A stretch of 64,000 nucleotides of DNA, taken from positions 372,001 through 436,000 of the forward strand of contig OZ237745.1 of assembly GCA_965178125.1 (NCBI GenBank). Direction: 5' to 3'. Positions 24,990-35,059 of the stretch are shown here, in pieces; position 1 is the stretch's first letter; every line of letters begins with the position of its first letter. The notes under the pieces are model-generated. The model was not told the origin of the DNA and ran no database searches. It was given only the letters and a program-made list of their open reading frames with translations. This stretch comes from Bilabrum cf. latius (Eukaryota). Made by a program: the position numbers and the translations under genes.

Positions 24990-25262
24990 TTAAATAGTCT
25001 GCTTTTCCTTAAGCTTCTAAATTTCCTATCGCAAACTATCAAGTTCATCCATAATATTAATTTGTTCCCTTTTTGTGTCTTCCTCTTTTTGAAGCCAATC
25101 AAGGTGTTTTTTTGTTCTACAATGATGTGATTTATTGTACTTCTTATATACGCCTCCACACGAGCATTGTATCTATTCTCCAAGTTTTTCCTTGTTTTTC
25201 CGGTAGTATTCACGGGCATACAGCTTATCCTGTTCTTTTCTTTCTGAATGACTGAGTGTCAT
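24990..25262 (-). CDS. Small zinc-finger protein (~90 aa)
   Basis: CSCGG..HHCRTKKH motif followed by a coiled coil; 3 internal TAGs; ends TAA. Confidence 0.7.
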
Positions 25263-25298
25263 TTTTGTATTCTATAGTATTATACTATAGAGTTAGAT

Positions 25299-26528
25299 TT
25301 AAGTATCGTAGGCAAATATTTTCCAAGCCTGTTTTAGGGCATTCTTCTTGGATATTCCTTTTCCTCTTAAAATGGACGCCATTTTCATAACTCTTGAACG
25401 TTTTGTTTCACACTGACATTGACCTCCAAATATTTCCAGATACATACCCGATACTGGGTCATTCGTATGCGAATGGATTTCTTTCATAATTGGTCTTCCA
25501 ACTGTTTTAGTTGCTAAATCCCAACCTTCCTTAAAATCTTGTCCAAAATCCCTTTCTGTGTTCTACTTATGTTTTGCCTAATTTTTCAGTAAGGCGTTTC
25601 TGACATTTTCCGGTAAATCATCTAAACCTCTCCCAAACCATTTGGAAAAATAACCAGCCACGTCAGTAGCAGCATTAGCCACTCTCTTAGTAAATCCCGA
25701 TACACTCTTAGCAATACTTTCCACATCCTACATAATAAATTGGTTTAAGGGTGGTGTCAAAAACCCATTTGTGCGTAGAACATCCTAAATGAACTTTTGA
25801 CAATTCAACGAGAAAGCACGATACTAATAAAAATTGTATTCTCCTATTTTTTGTAAAGTGGTTTCATATAATTCCCTTACTGTTTTCTAAGGTTTTCCAT
25901 TAATATTTACTTCCATAGTTTGTGTTTTCTTGTTGGTGGAAAATCTTGGGGACAAATTCACACGCTCATTCTTCTCTAAATATATTTTCCTACCACCTCC
26001 AAGGTTCAACTCTAAGGCTAAATGAAAAAAATCATTATATCCGTGTTTATTTTTTAACTTTTTCATTTTTCCCAAGGTTATCCAGTTGAGTAACCGATTA
26101 ATCGCACCACTAATAGGGGTTCTAATCACTTTCATAGCTATAATTGTTCTATCCCCGTATTGCTGTAGTGTTCTCTGGACTTCGTTTGAATTCCCATACA
26201 CAACCCCACCTTTAAGCTGGCTTCGCGGACCATCTTTTAAATACTAATGAAGTGTGTTGGATTGTGTAGGTTTCTTCTAGGATTTCTTTTTTGGTTTTTC
26301 TTTTGTTCCCACACCATCTTTAAGCTGTTGCGCCAGCTAACTGCGCCGAGAGGGGGTGCTTCGCACACCATCTTCAAACTTAATTGCTTTTTCAAGGGCT
26401 TCTTTAGAATAAGGATGTTCACTTTTCCATGTCCTTGTTGTTTTACTCTTTGGTTCTTTGACACTAATGTACGTCTTAACAAAACCAGAATTCATTTTTC
26501 CGCCACTAAGTGAATAAAAACTATCCAT
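25299..26528 (-). CDS. Virophage protein with a putative permuted papain-fold (PPPDE/LRAT-like) domain (~409 aa)
   Basis: Three track ORFs share one frame through TAGs. Motifs FFHLAL..LEKNE and YRAFSLNCQKFI (His before NC). Ends TAA. Confidence 0.6.
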
Positions 26529-26554
26529 TTAGTATAGACTTGTATTTAAAAAAC

Positions 26555-27172
26555 TCATAGACGAGAACCAAGACCAAATGTTTTACGGACGAATTCCTCC
26601 AGTTGCTAAAAGGATGAATAGACACAGTACTAACTCTAATGTAATCCAGCGATTAAATTCGTTCTTGAGCGTTCCACAGACAATAAGTCCCCCGATTTTT
26701 TACCCTCACGGATTTCCTCAAAAAGACTGTGAGAAGGCACACACACAAAAATTGAACTTTCCTTAAATAAATCTTTCGCTAATTCCAACGAACCAACCAT
26801 AACAATTAAACGCCTCGATTTCTTCGTGAGCCAATCCGCTTTAATTTTTTCATACACTAATCTTGATTGGGAATAATAAAAGAGGCGGTGGGTGCTTTCA
26901 TCACCATCAATTAACATTTTCTCCATTTTCTATTTTTCCTGTCCTGAGATTTGAGCATTTACGCATTCGTCTAAATCAATAATTAGCGTGTCCTTATCCA
27001 CCGCTTCTAGGGAGCGACACAAAGTAGTTTTCCCAGAGCCTTTTGGAACAACCACGCAGGATTTCTGTTTCTAAGTTCCGTCTTTCGTCCACCAAGAATA
27101 TAGACACCGACTACCAGAATACATTAAAGGAGCCAAAGTCCCAGCAACCATTACAGCAGATGACACTGACAT
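26555..27172 (-). CDS. P-loop NTPase/kinase-like protein (~205 aa)
   Basis: VVVPKGSGKTTLCRSL and LIIDLDE; ends TGA. Confidence 0.65.
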
Positions 27173-27204
27173 TGTTTTGATATACTATATACCAAGACAA
27201 ATAT

Positions 27205-27888
27205 TTATTGCTACTCTTCTTGTTTCTTCTATAAAAGTTTTACATGCTTTTGAGTTTTTTGATGTCTTCTTAGTTTATCTTCTGTTATAGAACATCCACA
27301 TTCACACTATACTGTTTTCCGTTTTGTTCTATACTCCTACCCATTACTTTTGGCAATCATCCGCTTCTAATGAATTTGGGTTTTTCTATGTCTTGCGATT
27401 TCATGACGTCTTAATTTTGTTCCACATTCACAAACACATATATCCTTTTTTATCTAAGACAACACTTTTTCTGAATTGGATTTGTACCTTTCACGAGCAC
27501 GTTGTCTTATATCATCTATATTTTCTTTGTAATACTCTCGTTTTTTCTACATAATTGCCTAGTAGTTATCTATTCTATACTAAGCACCACTTCGACCAGC
27601 AACCATTTTATTCACACATTCGGTTTTCTGTATCCACTACCCTTCTATTTTATTGAGTTCTTCTTTAGACGAGCACGAACATGTTTCGATTAGGTCTATT
27701 CTATGGTCTTCCATTTGTAAAACCTTAAATGATGTTGTGTACCCATACTTCCCCTTCTTATACTATCTAAATTTTATCCTATGCTACGACATTCTCATAC
27801 TCAAAGATTGAGTAGTAGAACCAATATACGTTAATCCTGTAGAAGGAGACCAAATTTTATATATCTTCCCCTTTGAATAATCAGGCAT
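27205..27888 (-). CDS. GIY-YIG endonuclease with C-terminal CECG zinc motifs (~227 aa)
   Basis: MPDYSKGKIYKI..TYIGSTTQSLSMR and CECG..RHQKTQKH. Missed by the ORF track because of TAGs; ends TAA. Confidence 0.85.
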
Positions 27889-27949
27889 TCGCTTTTCTAC
27901 GCTTTTCTACTCTTTTCTATTCCCTTACACTTAAATCATTTTTTCATAC

Positions 27950-29749
27950 TCAAGCTTGGAGCATAGCGAGAAGTTGATTGCGAGAAAGAGATTTACCACC
28001 TGTTAAGCCCGAGCCTAACTTGGCACCTGTTAAGCCCTTGCCTTTCTTGGTAGTTTTTCGGGGTTTCCTTTGGCGTCCCATACCAGCCATTTCACCCACC
28101 ATTTTAGCGGTGTCAAATACCTACTTACCATCCTTTAATACTTTTTTGAGATTGCCTTTCTTTACCCAATCAGCGGTTTTGTGTGCGAACTTTTTTAAGG
28201 CATGTCTAATCTTTTTCCCAAGACCGCGACCATGTAATCCTGATAATTGACTTTCATAGACCACGGGTAGTTTAGAGGCGGACAAAACGTCTGCTCGTGA
28301 GATGACACCCTGCTAATACTCGAACTTAGACCCATCAATCAAATTTAATACTCCTTCGTATAATCCAATCACCACACACTATACATTATCGTAGTCCACA
28401 ACATCATTATTCTTCACTCGTAGGGTGATAGACAATTGATTAGAACCGTTGCTACCATTCGTCTAATCTACATCTAAGCTTAAGTCCTTGGCGGGGTCAA
28501 TACATAGCAGGCCACCAGATAATACCCTTTGTTGATATCCAGGCTATTCAGGCTATATTCCATTATCGAAGCGTCGCATAGCCCATTCCGCGTATTGCTA
28601 TTCAAGTCCGTTGCTTCTGGATAAGTCCCATAACTGCTGTGGCGATGCGTCGGCGAGTAATCCAGATTTGTTATTCATCTCGATACTTATTCCCTCAATT
28701 CCAAGGAATGTGTTTCCCTAATCTACTGAGACGCTGGTAGGTGAACGACGGGCGAATACAAATAAACGACTTGGTACACTATTGCTAAGTTTTATGTTGT
28801 TGTTGGTAAGAGTTGCTGTAGTACCTGCGGCAATTGTTGGACTATGACTTTGGGTATACGAAGTCATCTCAAAAATATCATACGAGACCTATTTAGGAAG
28901 CACAAAACCTGTCTTTGGGGTGATTTGTTCAAGATATAGGGCTGGTTCTTGGACATCTACCGACTGAACAGTAGCAGTTAAGCCCTATTGTGGAATACGA
29001 GACCAAACGGTTTTACTCAGTTGAGACCAATTAATATTTAAGGAGAGTGTTTGAATTCCGTATATAGCCGTTTGTTCCTATTTACTTTCGTAGTGGAAAG
29101 GTGGGCATAGTACTGCCTCAGTGCATTCAAAAACAAGAACACGATTTTGAGTTTGACCTGCGGGTACATCAGTATTATCCATTTGATACAAATTGTAAAA
29201 TCCACTTCCTCGGGCTGGTTGGTCCTAAAGCACGTCCTCATACGAAGCAAGAGCGTTATTCGTAGACTAACTCATCATCGCGTATGAAGGCACATTATCG
29301 CGTCTATACACACTATCAAGGCAATTCACACGGTGGACATCATCATCTAGTAAATGGGACAGCGCGTCCATTAATTCTCCGTTGTTCTGGGTATAGCGAA
29401 GGTTATTAATGCCAACTGTCTATGTTGCGATGGAGCGATTAAGTGGATAGGAGCGTGGAGCATCGTAATCTGGTCTAAAGGGTGCTAGACCACCTGCGGT
29501 TTGATTATTCACGGAAAAGGTGATAGAAAATCGGCATGAGACATAGGCGCGGCGGCACAAACCTACACCTGAAGGCATACTAATATTCCAGTTGACCCCG
29601 CTGTTGTAGTTTCCGGCAGACCCGGAGGGGTTATATTTACGGAAAGTCCGGTTCTCATAACCTTCTTGAACTTCATAAGGCTTCGGTTGTACATCTAGTG
29701 TTGCGGGTGATACTTTGACTGGCTGAAGGGCAAAGGTATTCAATGACAT
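27950..29749 (-). CDS. Virophage major capsid protein (599 aa)
   Basis: 1800-nt frame with ~14 TAGs and no internal TAA/TGA. Segments DAPRSYPL, NNKSGLLADASPQQLWDLSRSNG, GGLLCIDPAKDL and a basic Gly-rich tail match the recalled Sputnik-type MCP pattern. Confidence 0.9.
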
Positions 29750-29827
29750 TTTTGTTTTCCTTGTATATTATATACAACGAATAAAATTCTATGGGGTCGC
29801 GTCCCCATCCGACGAATTATCATTTTT

Positions 29828-30943
29828 TCAAAGTCCTTTCCGTTTCTTAAATAAAAACTTCACACTCACACTTCCGTGGCGTAAATAAAGAGGTCTTAGA
29901 TTTGAATAATTGTCTTTCCAATATAGATTAAACTAAATCCTATCTACTGAATGTGTATCTAAAAAATCAATTTCGTGGAGAATATGGGGCTGGTATTGAA
30001 GAACCTACTAATTAACTGTTTCAGTGTCATCTAATACACAATCCATATCCACTAATAAACTCTCGGTTCCTGAACCTGAATTTTGAACTGTATTAGTGGA
30101 TTGTCCATAGGCGGATTTCTAGGATATTGCCTCACTCCTCACTGGAAGACTTGAAGATGTGAAAACTATTCCACGGAAAACCTAAAACTACACTAAACTC
30201 CCTCGTTCCTAGGTCATCATTAATCTGTAGTCTCCTGATGGATTTCCCTCGAAGTATGCCTAAGGTTCATATTTTCCAACAGAACTGCCATCATCAAATA
30301 AAACATTCGTTCCTAAGGATTTGAATAGAATGCTTGCGTATAAGTCGTCATCTTGGATATCCATTCGTTCCATAGGAAAACCCGTCATCAATTCGTTAAG
30401 GGCTTCGTTCAACACTAATTTAAATTTCTGTCCTGAGTTTTCCTCGTCGTAATCGGGGTTTGCTACTAAGGAAAATTTACCATCTTTAAATAGTAAAACC
30501 GGAACTGATGTAATATCCGCTGACAAAGCATTCTATAGGGTTTCATTAAATAAATCAACAAAATGCTACACGGAATACATATAATAATAAGGAACAAACT
30601 ACATAGGATTGGAAAATGATGGTTGGTTTTCCCCTGTTAACTAGGGTCTCCACTGAATGCTTGAGGTCCACAAACTTACTCCGTCTTCATCTGTAATGCT
30701 TATTCTATACACCGTTTGATTAGGATTTGAAGATGGATTTTTCACTTTATCGGTTTCTATGTGTGGAACCCATAAAGGTATTGAATTGGTGCTTATGGAA
30801 AACCGGAATACTGACATCGTATAATCACCAACATCTTTATCTAATAATGGCTACTTGCGGGTTTCGCTATAGGTTGCTGGCTAAAAAGTATCTTCGTTAT
30901 TTCGTATGTTTGCGGTAATGTAAAATCGGTCTGGAGAACTCAT
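29828..30943 (-). CDS. Virophage minor capsid (penton) protein (~371 aa)
   Basis: N-terminus PATYSETRKQPLL..DYTMSVFRFSISTNSIPLWVP; C-terminus LYWKD..SVKFLFKK. Lies directly upstream of the MCP. Confidence 0.85.
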
Positions 30944-30999
30944 TTTACTATAGACGTTTATAATTATGGGGTGGGTTTGATTACTTTTCTAAAGTATAA

Positions 31000-31491
31000 T
31001 TAAGATGGTGTAATAAGTGAACCTGACACTAAGGATTTCCAACTAGATGTAGAAGAACTGCCAATCGCCACATAGACATCGTTGTCGCTTCCATTATACA
31101 CTAAAGCGCCCTTGAACTTTCGCTCTGCTGACGTATTAATAGGGGTAGAAGCGTCAGCCAATGTAGCTCCAGCAACCTCACTCAGCCCAACAACACCCTC
31201 TTGAGAAGTCTTGAATGAACCAACTAGTGAAATATCGCATCTTTCTCCTTCTTCGCTCATACTGAACTGACAACCAGCAGACGCTCCGTTTTTTCCAAAC
31301 CGTAGAACAGTTTCACCCCACTCCATATAAGGCTCTCCGTCTTTGAATTCAATACTTGGATTGCCTATGACTGCTCCCGTAGAGTTAGTAATTGCGGACA
31401 CTTTAATTGCGTCGCTACTCACAACATTACACGTAATAGTTTGAGACATAAGGTCTAGACTGTTCTTAGATAGAAGATTTGAAACTGACAT
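31000..31491 (-). CDS. Virophage hypothetical protein, possibly structural (163 aa)
   Basis: Intact ATG..TAA ORF, Ser/Gly/Thr-rich, next to the penton gene. Confidence 0.7.
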   Translation of the reverse strand: MSVSNLLSKNSLDLMSQTITCNVVSSDAIKVSAITNSTGAVIGNPSIEFKDGEPYMEWGETVLRFGKNGASAGCQFSMSEEGERCDISLVGSFKTSQEGVVGLSEVAGATLADASTPINTSAERKFKGALVYNGSDNDVYVAIGSSSTSSWKSLVSGSLITPS

Positions 31492-31556
31492 TTTATAGTA
31501 TATCCACAGAAATAATTTTTATCAGGTTGCCAAAAGATGTAAATAAGAGGTTTTGG

Positions 31557-32738
31557 TCAATCTTTTCCTAAAAGATGTAATAGTTCCATAGCAACCTAAT
31601 GATGAATATCTTTATCGGCTCCTTTTACTTTCTTGGCTACATTCATTGCTGTATCATAGATAATCCTTTTTCCACCTCGTAATCCTTTCCCCTTTTTTGG
31701 TTTTCCACTTTCTTCTACAGTCATTGCGCGTGATGGTGGGTCTTCTAAATCAGGCTACTACATTCCATAGGGCGGACTAAACCCCGTAAATCGCTACACA
31801 GGTCTAGTAGCACGTTTTCCAATTCCCTGCTCAATTTCCATCCTACTCGGCATATCATAGTACTCACCAGTTTCTGGGTCCCACGCCCCCGGAGTGCTTC
31901 CTTGCGGTAGTGGTCTTTCATTGCTCGCTGCGGCTAATATGGCATCTAAGTCTTTTGATGTTTTTGACGCATTACTACTTGAACCCTCTTGAAAATGCTA
32001 AAACATATTTGTCTGCCCCTGTGATGTTCTTTGTGAGAAATTCTTTCCCTATTCTAAATCCCACGCTATTCGTTGTTTTTCAGTTAAGGGTCTGTCTTGT
32101 TGTATTCTTTCTCTGGCTCTTTCCAATAACTATTTATACGCACCCGAAGACCTTTTTGGAAGCTGTACTTGTGTTGGAGCGGAAAACGTGTTTCTTCTTG
32201 TTGTTCGAGCAGGTGTTTGTAAAGATGTTGGCTACTAATCAATTCCCAACATTCCCTACGGTATTCGTTGTCCGGATGCCTCCTATATAACTTTCCCTAA
32301 TTCTAAGAGTTGTTTTCTATCCTCAGCTGGAACTCTCTGCAGTCCTTCGTATCCTTTCCTTTGAAACCTCTCTATGTTAACGTATTGACGGGCGAGTTGT
32401 TGCTTCATTTGTGGAGACATATTGATATTACCAACAAAATCCTTCAATGCTTTCACTGCTGGACTTACATTTTTACCCTCAATAATACCTTTCATTATAC
32501 CAGATATTGACTTAGATATGATTTCCTCGTTGCTTTGGTCTGCCTATTTTCTCTACGCTGGAGTTCCATACCTTCCACTTTCTTTTAATCGTTCAATTTT
32601 TGCCCTTTTCCTTATAAAATCACTATATTCTGTTTCTAAATCTACGTCGTCCCTTGCCTGTAAATCTAACATTTTAGCATTGTCCAGTTCCCTTTCTAGG
32701 GCTTGCTGAATAAGAGCATTCACTTTAGCAGTTTTCAT
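31557..32738 (-). CDS. Virophage hypothetical protein (~393 aa)
   Basis: Track ORFs 32553-32738 and 32283-32495 share a frame, read through TAG to TGA at 31557-31559. The middle was not checked codon by codon. Confidence 0.65.
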
Positions 32739-32803
32739 TTACTATAAGCTTTTATAAAAAGCTTGACCAAAAAATAAAAAATAAAGTGTTTGTGTATAGT
32801 ATA

Positions 32804-33043
32804 ATGGATATTGATAAGTGGATTATATAGAGAACCAAACAACTCGCGCTATAGAAAGAACAAGACGCTTTAAATAGAGTTAAAAACCATCATATTAAAG
32901 TTGGAAAAGGCCGTAGTAAGCCTAAGCGGAAAGTGAGCGCCAAAATGAAACGCCGCAATAAACTTGTAAAAATGGTGATGTAGTAGACTGGTATGAGTTT
33001 ACCTCAAGCAAGTCGGTATATACGAGAATAGAATATTATTTAA
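32804..33043 (+). CDS. Small basic virophage protein (79 aa)
   Basis: RRNKLVKMVMQQTGMSLPQASRYIRE, containing tandem in-frame TAG TAG; ends TAA. Confidence 0.7.
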
Positions 33044-33072
33044 AGAAACTTTTATAAAAAGTTTGACCAAAA

Positions 33073-33975
33073 TTACATAAGGTAAGCCTACTTTTCTCCT
33101 AATAAATACCTCGGGTAATTCCTGTGGACACATACCCACCTAGAAGGCATTTTTAAGACTTTAGAGATTTCTTGTTTCTCAAGTCCTATATAATTTTTTA
33201 GTAAATACCTTAGAGAATGTGCGGAAGAACACTAAGGGAATATAACGAACTTATGACTTTCCGCAAGAATAATTCGGGTACTTTTATAGTTGGTAGATAA
33301 ATGACTTGTAATTAATACAGAAGTATTTGAATGTCTTCCAACCTACAATATTTCATCCTGTAAATGATTGAGGGCTTCCCTTAACTTCTTATCTTTGATT
33401 GTATCAATATCATCCAAGATTACTAAGGCGTCCCTTAATTCCTAATGAATATCAATCGGGTTCTCCACCAGTTCCTCATTTAAAATAATCCTTTTCAGTC
33501 CTTTCACTTCATCTAAGACTTTATCCTACTATACTCGTGAAAATAAAATAATTCTCCTGTTTGGAAACATTCTGTGATAATTCTTAGCATATTTGGAAAC
33601 CCAAGTAGACTTCCCAGCACCTGATGGTGCGGTGATATAAATGACCTCTCTTCCTTTTGGATTTGGTAATGATTGGAATTCACCCTATTTTAATGTAATC
33701 TCTTTATGTTTCTTTTCCTATGCTTTTTCATACAAGTATTTGATGTCTTCGTCTAGGGGTTCGACCTGTTTGATTAAGTGTCGTGCTAATAAATCCATTT
33801 TCCTCTGCGGAAATCGTTTCCCTGTAAGTGATGATACTTGAAAATCCTAGAATGATATACTATCATCTCCAAATTGGTTGTCTGTCTTTTCCGCTGTGTA
33901 TAAAATACGTTTTCCGTGAGTGTCATATGCGATAGGTGATGATTTTGTAGTTTCCTTCCAAGAAAAATGTGCCAT
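33073..33975 (-). CDS. A32/FtsK-HerA family genome-packaging ATPase (~300 aa)
   Basis: Walker A APSGAGKST, Walker B LVILDD, GRH motif and LITSH; ends TAA. Confidence 0.92.
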
Positions 33976-34164
33976 TTTAGTGTATTTACTATATGTTTTT
34001 ATATTTTCTAAAGTGTTTTGTCTTTTTGTTGAAAACTTATTTTGAATGATTGTCTTTTATGCTATCCACAAATTCCAAAACGGATTTTGTAGAAATACTT
34101 CTACACTTAAATAGTGGTTAAGAGAATTCATCTCCCCCAATATATGTTTCTATAATAAATATAT

Positions 34165-34719
34165 ATGGATTATGCTCTTAGCGATAGTGATATTCGTGTT
34201 CTCCTCCAAAATCCACCAAATATTAAAGGCTTTCTTCCTACGTCGGTAAATATTGTACCTTATACTGAATTAGGATAGTACAATAGTATTGATGGATTAT
34301 TTAGTCGTTGTAATTGTTGTATTATTTTGTATCAAGAAGAAATAAATTCCGGTCACTGGGTTTGCTTATTTAAGCGTAATAAAACAATATACTTCTTTGA
34401 CAGTTATGGAATTCGTCCAGATAGGCAATAGAGTACGATGAGTGATGTAGTTCGTAAAAGGTTCTATGAAGACCCTGAGTTAATTTATTTAATGTATCAT
34501 TCTCCGTATAAGATTGACTATAACCCATATTAGTTTTAGGCAGATGGAATGGATATAGCAACCTGCGGGAGACATTGTATAGTTCGTCTTTGGAATAGAG
34601 CGAAAAACGCTGATTAGTATAAAAAGTGGGTGGATAAGGTTTGTAAGAAACATACATTAAATCCTGATGAATTAGTGTATTTATTGACGTATCATCTTAA
34701 TGATATACAGGAAATATAA
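34165..34719 (+). CDS. Adenain-like capsid maturation cysteine protease (184 aa)
   Basis: SGHWVCL (His), FFDSYG (Asp) and Y-TAG-F-TAG..TCGRHC (Gln, Cys); ends TAA. Confidence 0.92.
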
Positions 34720-35059
34720 ACGGGCATACATTAAATATTATTATATCACTTTATAGAAATAATGCGTTGGACTTCAAAAGACCAAGATAAATGTATGAGA
34801 TTAAGGGGAAAAATAGATGACAAAATATGTAATCTAAACGTCAAACAAGGTGTTCTGATCCTAACGCCGGATGGGGTTCGGTGTTGATGCCAGAGTGGGA
34901 GCGCGTGAACGTCTCGTTGGGTTCCGATGGCGGTTGCGACCGGGAAGGTGCGACCAAGCCAACGGATTGCTTGCGATGACGCGCATACCCTCTCTGTGTT
35001 CAGGAGAGGGGCGGAGATTGGGTAATTTTTGAAGAAAGTTCCTGCTCCGTTCATTTAAC

